A stretch of DNA of 64,000 nucleotides from the IMG/VR virus record IMGVR_UViG_3300042922_000850, positions 64,001-128,000 of that record. The stretch is one strand, 5' to 3'. The notes below the pieces were generated by a model. The model ran no database searches. It was given only the letters and a program-made list of their open reading frames with translations, and was not told the origin of the DNA. The stretch is from a virus. The position numbers and the translations under genes are program-made. Shown in pieces: positions 19,901 through 28,201 of this stretch (positions within the stretch are counted from its first letter, which is position 1; the number at the start of each line of letters is the position of its first letter).

Positions 19901-20461
19901 AACCGCTTGATCTCTAATTTGCAGAACGTTTCCAAGAAATCCTGTACTTGTAGCTGGGTTGTTCCTGGTATCAAGACCAACATAAGGGTCATCTGTATTA
20001 TTTTGGCGGTCTTTCTCCTGTAATTGCTGTATAGCGTAAACGACCTTTTTCATGTTTTCTCTAGAGTAAGGAACTCTGGTTCCTTCGGATTGAATAACAT
20101 CAAAAGGGATAAGTTCTCCATCAATAACCATAAACGGGAGTTCAATTACTTTGCCAAAATATTTGATTGCAACTACACCATTCGCATCTGAAACATAATC
20201 AGAATGTGCTTTATCCATCTCTTCGGGGTTTAGTTGTATAGCCACATTCGGTGTGCTTGGGAAGAAGGCTAATTCATTAAGCACGTACTTTCTAATAAAA
20301 GTCTCTATATTATCTGCTGTCGGCTGATAAATATCTATCCCTGCATATTTCTTAATAGCAAGATCCTCTTTGCTTAAAGAATAGTCTCTTGCTTCTTTCT
20401 CAAAGCCAAAAGACAAAGATGCTCCAAAGGCATTCGATATATTTCTCAATCTCTTATCCAT
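16952..20461 (-). CDS. large putative virion-internal protein with recurring K-x-A motifs, three glycine-zipper modules and a C-terminal zinc ribbon
   Basis: Start at ATG 20461 (GAGGTG RBS); many EKEA/EKxA/KxASEE motifs; CEVC...CPEC. Confidence 0.6.
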   Translation of the reverse strand: MDKRLRNISNAFGASLSFGFEKEARDYSLSKEDLAIKKYAGIDIYQPTADNIETFIRKYVLNELAFFPSTPNVAIQLNPEEMDKAHSDYVSDANGVVAIKYFGKVIELPFMVIDGELIPFDVIQSEGTRVPYSRENMKKVVYAIQQLQEKDRQNNTDDPYVGLDTRNNPATSTGFLGNVLQIRDQAVGHSSPSGQNYIYAAEKIDELLEKAATIKEFTEADLKVLNQEFERKASEEVKLEMEKMAAEINVPDDQEKLKLFEKAKNLQYDDAIKLPNGTVIAFPEKNGNEISMTNGIVVDNFMSFADKAPKKVKLVITADARVKILSNSERFLCLKAPETKFSIKMESLSTLQEGDIFMAFDGDKALFPSKVNWINERTYGSGDRKNDISTKSYELSPIYDNSEIANLLTTSETQNILNVNIRVNLCTLDGAKFFEMPYGDFIAKKSKELAMDEFKLSNLMSKGSICINYHKVDKNPYATQGPARTETNLVLATDPETRVILIKGIIKDYLQNKEDLDKLAYVESYEDTFEKVAAVEKNKIKIVCRDKQLGAYDVEINYVDTKKAILKRFVKTYTRISKDDLKLVLKLLGFNQAEFQEIIFKVNNNPQMTYALPANPNIEALQGARVQSLAGKKIQNTVKSMVKPKELAGVLATSVIASMLSDGLSGAPSAVKDIAAQLGNVASEGKTLSSVFEKIALERESQSALEVAKIMSLSSFFAEKVASTANETHNYPRIYEVSKDIIENRDILERVACDLMQLKVMQYKNRNQVVSPNYIQAAIEQIDHLHKVAYDVCSAKYDMTEIMEKEAGFVLPGAIVGGAIGGLKTSKENDRDKTLKGVAKGALAGAGIGLGANLASSALGAKVVQKASEQGTQKFEAAKAKMQEEFKNHVEKQSFEATDESAEKEAGAGLIPFSAGVGTVLGGIEGKKKESEENPKAVLKGAVKGGLLGASAGAVGNIVTSLPALVKDVAKSKAVKHASEELDELAKEASALSGAAIGGLMGSGAAYQKSVDQAKEVNPTALPSDYGSEAASNAIAGGAAGVGIGALAGAGVKAIKNAVKNVKVSKLASEELDELFKEAEMNVPTKEEAKKESNVVPEEPTIDPKTGLKDINCEVCSYKGQPDNLGYCPECGALGGITPKEISNVTEMSAPSHDLGGEIYSESAQSFEE

Positions 20462-20512
20462 AATAAGCTTCACCTCTCTTAATAATATTAAACGTTATAT
20501 CCGTCTGGAAAT

Positions 20513-20523
20513 ATTATAGCACA
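20513..20523 (-). promoter_or_regulatory. class II extended -10 (TGTGCTATAAT)
   Basis: About 50 nt upstream of the 20461 start. Confidence 0.55.
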
Positions 20524-20550
20524 AATGAGTTCAATTTTAAAAGTCTATCT

Positions 20551-21095
20551 ATTATATGTCCATGGACATATAATTTGGACACGAAAAATTATATGTCCAG
20601 AAATAAATTACCCTCTGCTACAGTATTTAAAAAAATCCGTGGACATGTAATTTTATTGTAAAAATTTAGATGTCCATGATATTTCGTTGATATACAATGG
20701 TTTCGTCTTTTTTGGACATGAAAACGTGGACTTTTGAAAAACAAACCCCTCTCGGTAGAATTTTTTTTAATGATATTTATATCTTATGTCCATTTTTTGA
20801 AAAAAATTTTTTATTTAAGGTATATGTCTGCAAAAGAAAAGTCCATTAATTTGGTTTTACCATAGCTATCATTATTATTATTATTTATATATATATAATA
20901 GAATAGTTGATAATAAGCGCATACGTCATTTGGGACAAGCCAACAGTTTGGGAAATTATGTATGGGTATGGTAAAACACCGTGGACTTTGACATAGGTTT
21001 TCGTGGACTTTGACATGGACTTTGACATACCTAAATGGACATATGGGGTAAAAAATGGACTTTTGACGTCCAAATTATCATCAAGAAGAGGTCCA
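20551..21095. repeat. non-coding iteron cluster around an AT-rich core; origin or terminus candidate
   Basis: 17 TGGAC/GTCCA copies, 24-bp palindrome at 20551-20574, three TGGACTTTGACAT copies. Confidence 0.75.
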
Positions 21096-21186
21096 AATGG
21101 CAAAACCCTTCATCTTTGACCTAGCATTTTAACTTTACCTCTTTTCCAGTATAAGAGATAAAACAAAACACAGGAGGAATAAAATT

Positions 21187-21381
21187 ATGAGACAAATAAG
21201 TAAAAAGACAATGGCAAAGTTAGACATTGTATCCGGAGTAATAGAAGTAACAGTGGGAGTTTTAGGAATGGTTACATTGGGAAAATCACCAAAGAGTTTG
21301 ATTGCAGCAGCATCATTGGTATTTGGAGCAGCAAATGTATGCTTTGGCATAGACGAAGCAGTGGAAGCAGCACAGGAATAA
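21187..21381 (+). CDS. small hydrophobic hairpin protein
   Basis: Cassette gene, AGGAGG RBS. Confidence 0.7.
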   Translation: MRQISKKTMAKLDIVSGVIEVTVGVLGMVTLGKSPKSLIAAASLVFGAANVCFGIDEAVEAAQE

Positions 21382-21394
21382 ACACAAGGATAGA

Positions 21395-21424
21395 GAAACA
21401 AAAGGACATATGTCCTTTTGTTTC
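21395..21424. terminator. 30-bp perfect palindrome
   Basis: GAAACAAAAGGACAT|ATGTCCTTTTGTTTC. Confidence 0.7.
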
Positions 21425-21431
21425 CGTTTCA

Positions 21432-21507
21432 ACCACGCCCACCACGTTGTTAATGATATCCGATGCCCAGCTTTATTCCTGCTGTTTTTCTAGTATAAGA
21501 GATAAAA
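21432..21507 (+). repeat. composite upstream element, copy 1
   Basis: ACCACGCCCACCACG, degenerate GGACA-N5-TGTCC, TTTATTC, class I motif. Confidence 0.75.
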
Positions 21508-21527
21508 CAAAACACAGGAGGAATAAA

Positions 21528-21752
21528 ATGAAAACAATAAAAACAATAATCGCATTTTTAAAGATAATAGGAAAGGTATTATTTAGTACAAGAGAAGAAA
21601 AAGAAAATATGAAATCAGTATTGAAAGCATATAACGATGCAGTACAGTCATATATGAAAGAAAATAATGTGAGTAGGGAAGTAGCAGAAGATGAAATGAA
21701 TGCAAGACTTCAGCGAGAAGCAATGAAAATGGAAAACAAGACAAGAGCGTAA
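21528..21752 (+). CDS. cassette protein, family A
   Basis: Start reassigned to ATG 21528; similar to 25802 and 27349. Confidence 0.7.
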   Translation: MKTIKTIIAFLKIIGKVLFSTREEKENMKSVLKAYNDAVQSYMKENNVSREVAEDEMNARLQREAMKMENKTRA

Positions 21753-21772
21753 GGCTCTTGTCTTTCGCTTCA

Positions 21773-21848
21773 ACCACGCCCACCACGTTGTCAAGGACAT
21801 CAGGTGTCCAGTTTTATTCTCGTCGTTTTTCTAGTATAAGAGATAAAA
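21773..21848 (+). repeat. composite upstream element, copy 2
   Basis: ACCACGCCCACCACG, GGACATCAGGTGTCC, class I motif. Confidence 0.8.
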
Positions 21849-21870
21849 TAAACAAATGGAGGAATTAAAA

Positions 21871-22164
21871 ATGGGTATGAGTATGGCAGGAAGAATTGTT
21901 GTATTAACAGAAAACGGAGCATTTGCAGTAGAAGAAGTAAAAGTTAAGGTTATAGAAGAATCAAGACAGTTTATAGTAAAGGAATGGGATGATACATTAA
22001 GTAAAGTAACAGCGTATGTAAGAGAAGATGGTTATGTAGATATGATTTACGAAGACGGGGTATGTCACACAGTAAATAAGGTATATTTTGAATCAATAGC
22101 ATTTGAAGGTGAGCTTGAAAATCAGAAGCAGATGGCAATAGAAGCAAAATTAATCAAAGCATAA
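21871..22164 (+). CDS. cassette hypothetical protein
   Basis: GGAGG RBS precedes ATG 21871. Confidence 0.7.
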   Translation: MGMSMAGRIVVLTENGAFAVEEVKVKVIEESRQFIVKEWDDTLSKVTAYVREDGYVDMIYEDGVCHTVNKVYFESIAFEGELENQKQMAIEAKLIKA

Positions 22165-22170
22165 ACAAAA

Positions 22171-22186
22171 GGGAGCGAAAGCTCCC
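22171..22186 (+). terminator. GGGAGC-GAAA-GCTCCC hairpin; identical copies at 23548 and 23857
   Basis: Follows stop codons in all three places. Confidence 0.75.
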
Positions 22187-22316
22187 TGTGTCTTTTTCCT
22201 TTACCCCGTCCACCTCGTGCACGAGGTTCTCTCGGACATGCCGTGTCCGTTTTATTCTCCATGTTTTTTTCCTATAAGAAAGAAAATAAAACAGAAAGAT
22301 AAAGAGGTAAGAGATT

Positions 22317-22535
22317 ATGAAAAAAGTAATGAAGGCAACAGTAATAGGATTAGGAATATTTATGATGGGAATGTATAGTTATGAAAGAGGAGTAAAGGAT
22401 ACAAAGGAAATATATGAAAAGGTATTAAGTAATCGAAACGAAGAATTAAATCAATTATTCAAAGAGGTATTGGATGAAAAGAATGAGAAAATTAGAGCAT
22501 TGAAAGCAGAAATATATAGGATGTCAGAGGCGTAA
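22317..22535 (+). CDS. N-anchored coiled-coil cassette protein
   Basis: Hydrophobic N-terminus. Confidence 0.7.
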   Translation: MKKVMKATVIGLGIFMMGMYSYERGVKDTKEIYEKVLSNRNEELNQLFKEVLDEKNEKIRALKAEIYRMSEA

Positions 22536-22664
22536 GCCTCGCATCTTTTTCTTCCAATGCTCTAATTTTCTCCGCTCACCATGCTGACCGGACATCCCAT
22601 GTCCACTTTATTCTCCCTGTTTTTCTCCTATAAGAAAGAAAACAATATTAGGAGGTAACACAAA

Positions 22665-22952
22665 ATGAAATTAGAAGAGTTCGGAATACAGGCAGTATTG
22701 GAAGTAAAAAGAATTAGAGTAACACCATGTTATGAAAGTAAATGGGAAATTATGTTAAAGTTAGATGACAGTGAAAAGGTATATGGGGAAAATATAAAAA
22801 ATCACGGGTATGTAGAAATATATAAAGGAAAGGCAATCGTAGGGCTAACGAGGTTAGACACTGAAACACAGGAAAAAATGGAAGATTTGGTACATATGTG
22901 TAAAACGGTAAAAGAAGTATGTGATTTATATTTTGAGGTTTATTATGACTAA
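22665..22952 (+). CDS. cassette hypothetical protein
   Basis: AGGAGG RBS. Confidence 0.7.
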   Translation: MKLEEFGIQAVLEVKRIRVTPCYESKWEIMLKLDDSEKVYGENIKNHGYVEIYKGKAIVGLTRLDTETQEKMEDLVHMCKTVKEVCDLYFEVYYD

Positions 22953-23031
22953 GGGCATTTGCCCTTAGTTTTATTTTCCCTATTTTCCACGTATAAGTAA
23001 GAAAATAAACAAAAGAAAGAAGGAATAAATT

Positions 23032-23541
23032 ATGAAATCAAGCATTAAGATAGTAGGAGCAACAACGGTAACAGCAACAGTGGCATTAGTAATTGGAATG
23101 ATGGCAAAGAGAAAAGTGAATCATCGAAGAAAAGAGAAAGAAGGATATTTATTAAAAGAATATTATGAGCACGGATATAGTGAAGGGCATAAGGACGGAT
23201 ACGAAGAGGGACAGCAGAAAATGGAGATTAAACCGGAGAAAACGGGAAGAAGTTATAGTTATGAGAAGTTCATGGACACTTTAAGAAGAAGTGAAGCAGG
23301 TGAGTTTGATTACACCGGATGGAAGATGGTAACATCGGAACAGTCAGGATTTGACAGAAATTATTACAACGGAAGAGTTGTATGGGGATATGATGGAGCA
23401 CCAGATGATGAGTTTTACTTCACAGTAGTAACAGAAGATGGGCACAACGCAAGGATAGTAAGCGTTATGAGAGCAGATGGAACAGAAATCAATTATGATG
23501 AATCATTTATTGTACAGTATTTTATACTGAGAACGTTTTAA
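23032..23541 (+). CDS. N-anchored protein with GxxxG repeats
   Basis: HGYSEGHKDGYEEG. Confidence 0.7.
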   Translation: MKSSIKIVGATTVTATVALVIGMMAKRKVNHRRKEKEGYLLKEYYEHGYSEGHKDGYEEGQQKMEIKPEKTGRSYSYEKFMDTLRRSEAGEFDYTGWKMVTSEQSGFDRNYYNGRVVWGYDGAPDDEFYFTVVTEDGHNARIVSVMRADGTEINYDESFIVQYFILRTF

Positions 23542-23624
23542 ACAAGAGGGAGCGAAAGCTCCCTTAAACTTTTCTCTTTTTCTCCTATAAGTAAGAAAAC
23601 AACGAAAGAGAGGATTTAAAGATT

Positions 23625-23846
23625 ATGGACAACGATAAAGTAATTAAAGAATGTAACATTGAAAGACAAACAGGATTTGCGGCAGAAAACAAAGTAAACG
23701 TAGTTTACGAGGACGGAATGGCAGAGAAGATATTAAATTATTACCCGGATGAATTATCATTCAGCGAAGAAGAATTTATAGGATTAACGAAGCAGCAGGC
23801 GAAGGATTTATTCCATAAAAAAGACATAGCATATTTACAAAGCTAA
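23625..23846 (+). CDS. cassette hypothetical protein
   Basis: YYPDELSF...DIAYLQS. Confidence 0.7.
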   Translation: MDNDKVIKECNIERQTGFAAENKVNVVYEDGMAEKILNYYPDELSFSEEEFIGLTKQQAKDLFHKKDIAYLQS

Positions 23847-23891
23847 ATAAATAAAAGGGAGCGAAAGCTCCCTGGACTTTTTCTTTTTGTA

Positions 23892-24809
23892 TCAGGCTTT
23901 TCTTGGAGATTTGTCAAAGAATATCGATCGCTTCGTATACGGGGTGACTTTGTGAACTCCGATATAATCTTGATTGGGATTTATAATTCTCTCTATTCTG
24001 TTCTTTTCTCCAAGTATCTCGGATTCTTTAATTGCTGCGGCAACATCATTATTTAACAACGGATAATGAGTCTCTTTATATCGCTGTAATTTATCATAAA
24101 TCTCCGGAGACCGCTTTGATCCTTGTTCTAAGTGTGTTAACTGTCTCTTTTTTGTTAAGTCCCCAGAAACTCCGTTATAACGAGAGATCCCACCCGACAT
24201 ATCAGTTATAAGATGGTTCCTTTTTGGGAATGCCAAGTTTTTCGGAAGGACATCTGATACTTTAATATTTTTTGGCAAATACTTACGAGAATGCTCATCT
24301 GTAATGCGGCGAATTTCTTTAATCTTCTTTTGATTTTTTGGTGTATCTCCAATTTCCTCAATCTCACCTACTATTCTATCAACAGTTCTCATCTCTTGTA
24401 GCTCTTTAATTTTACGCTCACCCTCATTAATAGGATGAGTGTGTAGATTTGAATAAGTGGAGTTATTGTTAATACGTGAATCCACTCTATGCTCTCTGAC
24501 CGGACCCGTTTTAATAGCCTTTACTTCACCTTTGTCTATCAGGGCAGCCAATTCTGTTTCACTTGGGAGTTTACGAGAAGTACTTTTTATTTTTTGATAT
24601 GCATTATTAGAAACATCTCCAAGCCCCATTTTTGCCTCAGCAAGCTCTCTTCCCGCTAACGCATTACCCTTTCTATCTCTTAGTTTGCGAAGTGCCCACT
24701 TCCAATTACCATCTGGGACTAAGCGAACCTTTTTTGCAATCTCATGGGCTTTACTTGCGGTTAAGGCCTCTTTATATATTTCGTTCTCATAATGAACCAC
24801 TTTATCCAC
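23892..24809 (-). CDS. basic protein with MDKVVHYENEIYKEA leader and HTHP motif; putative virion-internal protein
   Basis: GTG start 10 nt after AAGGAG; class II -10 at 24838-24847. Confidence 0.65.
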   Translation of the reverse strand: MDKVVHYENEIYKEALTASKAHEIAKKVRLVPDGNWKWALRKLRDRKGNALAGRELAEAKMGLGDVSNNAYQKIKSTSRKLPSETELAALIDKGEVKAIKTGPVREHRVDSRINNNSTYSNLHTHPINEGERKIKELQEMRTVDRIVGEIEEIGDTPKNQKKIKEIRRITDEHSRKYLPKNIKVSDVLPKNLAFPKRNHLITDMSGGISRYNGVSGDLTKKRQLTHLEQGSKRSPEIYDKLQRYKETHYPLLNNDVAAAIKESEILGEKNRIERIINPNQDYIGVHKVTPYTKRSIFFDKSPRKA

Positions 24810-24953
24810 GCCAACCACGCTCCTTCCTTTTGTAGTAATTATATCACAAACCTGTCGACCACGCACACCACGTTTTTCTGGTATAAGTAATAAAAGGAGG
24901 ATGTTAATGCCTTCTTTTGTAATCGACACAATAACAGAAAGGAGGGGCAGTTA

Positions 24954-25109
24954 ATGAATACCTCAATCAAAATAACTATTAAAGTACTTGGTTTTGTACC
25001 ATCGGTGTTTTTGAATTTAGCTTTGATATCTGCGGGTACAGGGGTAGCGCTAAGTGCTGGGAAAAACTTGGTAACGATATGTTCTAATGTAATGAAGACA
25101 GAGTTATAG
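24954..25109 (+). CDS. small hydrophobic cassette protein (51 aa, not in ORF track)
   Basis: AAAGGAGG RBS. Confidence 0.6.
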   Translation: MNTSIKITIKVLGFVPSVFLNLALISAGTGVALSAGKNLVTICSNVMKTEL

Positions 25110-25215
25110 CAGAGATATAGCAAGGAAGACAGAGTGGCAGTGCCACTCTGTCTTCACCATTATACCGCTTTTATCTGGTATAAGTAATAAAATAAAGAGA
25201 ATGGAGAATTTGATC

Positions 25216-25413
25216 ATGGAAGAGAAATTATACACAGAACAAGAAGTAATCGAGCATATGATAAGAGCAGTTAAGACTTATAAGGATGGGATAACCCTTG
25301 GCAGAAAAGAGGGAGCAGTAATAGGTATAGTAATTGGGGTGGTATTAGTAGCATCAATAGAAATTGGGAATGCGATTAGCCGAATGAAAGCTAAGAAGGA
25401 GGCAGAGGCGTAA
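25216..25413 (+). CDS. small single-TM cassette protein
   Basis: GAVIGIVIGVVLVAS. Confidence 0.65.
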   Translation: MEEKLYTEQEVIEHMIRAVKTYKDGITLGRKEGAVIGIVIGVVLVASIEIGNAISRMKAKKEAEA

Positions 25414-25485
25414 GCCTCTACTCTTTATTTTCTACTATTTTCTGGTACAAGAGATAAAATAAAGAGAATAGAGGAGAAATTAACT

Positions 25486-25632
25486 ATGGGAGCAAAAATC
25501 AGGATGGCAATAAGAACAATTGAAGCAATACAAGCAATGGGAGCAGTAATAGTAGTTGCGGCAGCAGCATATGGTGTAGGTTATAAACAAGGACACGAAG
25601 ACGGGCGGAGACAAGGCGTTAGATATAGATAA
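25486..25632 (+). CDS. small TM protein with GxxxG repeats (48 aa, not in ORF track)
   Basis: GAGGAG RBS; GYKQGHEDGRRQG. Confidence 0.6.
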   Translation: MGAKIRMAIRTIEAIQAMGAVIVVAAAAYGVGYKQGHEDGRRQGVRYR

Positions 25633-25801
25633 ATAGATGATTAACAGGGTGAGGAGCAATAGGCTCCTCCTGTTATTTGTCTGACCACGCCCACCACGTG
25701 CGCGATGTTTACAGCATGGTTATAAACTGCTATAAATTCTTGTATAAGTAATAAAAGAAGAACAACAATGTTCTTCCAAATATATTTTATGGAGGGTTTT
25801 C

Positions 25802-26050
25802 ATGAAAAAAACCGCATTTTATTTTAATGTAATACGTATAAGGTTATTTGGCACAAAAGAAGAGAGAGAAGACGAAAGAAGAGTGAGAAATCTTTATAAT
25901 AATATGATAATCGGATATATGGAAAAAGAAGGGCTGAAGAGCAAGCGAAAGGCAGAACGGCAATTAATTAACAGTCTAGAATTTTCTGCTCAAGAGGCAA
26001 GGAAAAAACGCGAAGAACAACGAAAATTGTGGAGGAAAGGTAATGTTTAA
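25802..26050 (+). CDS. cassette protein, family A
   Basis: LFGTKEE...YN...YM...AE. Confidence 0.7.
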   Translation: MKKTAFYFNVIRIRLFGTKEEREDERRVRNLYNNMIIGYMEKEGLKSKRKAERQLINSLEFSAQEARKKREEQRKLWRKGNV

Positions 26051-26234
26051 AGTAAAGGTATTTCCAGTCCCGTTTCGCAATATCGGGCTCGGATGTTATA
26101 TTGACACCCTCCATATAGGTCTTATCCCATTTATTAATCTTATTACAATGGAAGACACCCCATCCAGGCACCGAATTGATATTGGTTGGCTGTGCTTTTC
26201 TATCTTAATCCTTACCGGAAAGCGCAATACCTAA
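26043..26234 (+). CDS. cassette protein, family B (WLCF)
   Basis: Similar to the two repeats in 32893. Confidence 0.65.
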   Translation: MFKVKVFPVPFRNIGLGCYIDTLHIGLIPFINLITMEDTPSRHRIDIGWLCFSILILTGKRNT

Positions 26235-26247
26235 CCACGCCCACCAC

Positions 26248-26356
26248 GTGTGTCACACTACCTAGTAAATATATAAGGGGAGTGTGACACACAGTATGTT
26301 GTCAACCGCATATGATTGCAAACCAAGCTTGCAATCATATGCGGTTGACAACATAC
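26248..26356. repeat. two adjacent inverted repeats (12-bp and 28-bp arms)
   Basis: GTGTGTCACACT/AGTGTGACACAC; GTATGTTGTCAACCGCATATGATTGCAA with its perfect reverse complement. Confidence 0.9.
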
Positions 26357-26426
26357 ACTATACCGGTCTTTAATTCACGCCCTTTTCTGGTACAAGAAAT
26401 AAAACAAACAATAGGAGGAAGATAAA

Positions 26427-26624
26427 ATGAAAATCGGAACAGTAGTAGTAATCAGTACATTAACAGCAGCATTAGGATTTACAATAGGCATATTTGTAGG
26501 CGCAGTAGCAGGTGCAATAGCAGTATCAGAAATAATAACAGATAAGGAAGATGAAGACAGCAACGAAAGTGAAAGCAGTAATGAAAGTGAAAGCAGTAAA
26601 GACGTCTTCTCATTCCTTGTATAA
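26427..26624 (+). CDS. small TM protein with acidic tail
   Basis: Hydrophobic N-terminal half. Confidence 0.7.
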   Translation: MKIGTVVVISTLTAALGFTIGIFVGAVAGAIAVSEIITDKEDEDSNESESSNESESSKDVFSFLV

Positions 26625-26655
26625 GTAATAAAATAAAGAGAAAGGAGAGAGTATT

Positions 26656-26856
26656 ATGCAAAGCAGTATTACAATAGACGGCGGAGTTAATTTAGAAGCA
26701 CAAGAGATTAAAATAAGTAATATAGAAGGAAAGGCTGTCATTGAAATTGGAGCAATAAAAACAATTTTAGACGAAGGGGAATCTATTACAATCAAGTGTC
26801 AACAGGGGTTGCAATCATTAGAAATAGGGGATTTTGTCGTAGCATCAAAACAGTGA
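26656..26856 (+). CDS. cassette hypothetical protein
   Basis: AAAGGAG RBS. Confidence 0.65.
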   Translation: MQSSITIDGGVNLEAQEIKISNIEGKAVIEIGAIKTILDEGESITIKCQQGLQSLEIGDFVVASKQ

Positions 26857-26932
26857 TAGTGAAGAGGGGTTAAACCCCCTCTTCTTTCCTCGTATAAGTA
26901 ATAAAATAAAGAACGCAGAGGAGGAAGAATAT

Positions 26933-27136
26933 ATGGATTTAACAGCAGTGATAGCAAGAGTAAGAGCAGATGGTCACACTATAAGAGAGACAGAAAGTAC
27001 ATATCAGTTTTATGCAAATGACGAGTATATTAAATCGTTAGAAGTAAGAGGATTATTAGTGAAGGGAGATTGTCATAAGATAAGGAATAGCACATTTAGG
27101 CTATACAAAGAAAAATGGTACAAAAGGGCAAAGTAA
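26933..27136 (+). CDS. cassette hypothetical protein
   Basis: GAGGAGG RBS. Confidence 0.65.
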   Translation: MDLTAVIARVRADGHTIRETESTYQFYANDEYIKSLEVRGLLVKGDCHKIRNSTFRLYKEKWYKRAK

Positions 27137-27217
27137 TTGCCCTTTTGTCTCTTCTCTCATAAAATCCTTTATCTTATTGTATAAGTAATAAAATAAGAGA
27201 AAGGAGGTAATTTATAT

Positions 27218-27346
27218 ATGAAAGATAAGATAAAGGATTTAAGTACGGCAATGATGATAGTCATTACAGTAGGAGCAGCAGTTATAGCTGGAGCAATTGT
27301 ATTAGTTATATCTCGAATTAGAGATGCGATTAAGGGGAGACTTTAA
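27218..27346 (+). CDS. small single-TM protein (42 aa, not in ORF track)
   Basis: AAAGGAGGT RBS. Confidence 0.6.
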   Translation: MKDKIKDLSTAMMIVITVGAAVIAGAIVLVISRIRDAIKGRL

Positions 27347-27348
27347 TT

Positions 27349-27549
27349 ATGATGGTATTGATCGGGAGGATATTTAAAAACGTATTTGGCAAGAAAATGC
27401 AAGTAGATGATGTACAAGTTTTAGTTGAGGACCATGATGAAATAGTCTATCAATATATGAAGACTAATAAAGTAGATAGAGCAGCCGCAGAGAAGGAAGT
27501 AAACAAAATGATATTGGACTTAAAGGTAGTGAGAGAAAAGAGAGGTTAA
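27349..27549 (+). CDS. cassette protein, family A
   Basis: YMKTNKVDRAAAEKEVN. Confidence 0.65.
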   Translation: MMVLIGRIFKNVFGKKMQVDDVQVLVEDHDEIVYQYMKTNKVDRAAAEKEVNKMILDLKVVREKRG

Positions 27550-27628
27550 AACCTCTCTTTCACTATCATCTGGTATAAGTTATAAAACAAGAGAAGTCTT
27601 GTTATTTTATTTTTAAGGAGGTAAGGTT

Positions 27629-27847
27629 ATGTCCAACCCAATTAGGGACTGTGCAAATGCCCATAAGCGCACGGGAGAAATGTTAAATGATTTTCTTTAT
27701 GAAGATGGAAAACCATTATTGAAAGGAGGTAAACCGGGTGTGCGTAAGGACCATACAAAAGAAGAATTAGAACAGATGCTAGAAGGGATATTAATAAGTT
27801 CTTTTGAAAATTATAATGATATTGCGAATGAACTTGGCTGGGAATGA
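27629..27847 (+). CDS. hypothetical protein
   Basis: AAGGAGGT RBS. Confidence 0.65.
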   Translation: MSNPIRDCANAHKRTGEMLNDFLYEDGKPLLKGGKPGVRKDHTKEELEQMLEGILISSFENYNDIANELGWE

Positions 27848-27868
27848 TTTATATTAAGGAGGAGAAAG

Positions 27869-28201
27869 ATGAGCAACCAGAAGAAAAGATATTTTATCAT
27901 CACAATAATAGCACTTGTAGCTGTTATTGCAGGAGGCACTATTTTTAATAGCCGACTATTAGGTTCTATCGGATTAACAGCTTATGTAATAAATGCCACA
28001 ATAGACCTTGTACTTGCTTTTAAAAGAGATGAATTAATTTCACTAAGAGACCTGAGAATTTACAAAGAGTTTTTTGTGGACAATAAAGGCGTTTACATCT
28101 CGGCGGTTCTAATGTTTATAATAACATTACTGACCCCTGTAGTAATGTATGCTTTCTTTATAATCATCTGGATAAATACGATCAAAGAGTTTATAGGTTA
28201 A
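27869..28201 (+). CDS. multi-TM membrane protein
   Basis: About three hydrophobic helices. Confidence 0.7.
   Translation: MSNQKKRYFIITIIALVAVIAGGTIFNSRLLGSIGLTAYVINATIDLVLAFKRDELISLRDLRIYKEFFVDNKGVYISAVLMFIITLLTPVVMYAFFIIIWINTIKEFIG

Noticed and set aside
20885-21103. 72-aa minus-strand ORF in the iteron region
   Set aside because: It has no RBS and is composed of the DNA repeats.
20980-22650. CRISPR array suggested by recurring repeats
   Set aside because: Repeats are either short tandem iterons or are separated by whole genes; there is no constant repeat-spacer period and no cas genes were recognised.
24810-24929. N-terminal 40 aa of ORF-track call 23892..24929
   Set aside because: It crosses divergent promoter motifs; the RBS and leader homology support the GTG at 24809.
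26557-26600. Tandem repeat of about 18 bp
   Set aside because: It is a coding low-complexity repeat (SNESES twice) within an acidic tail.
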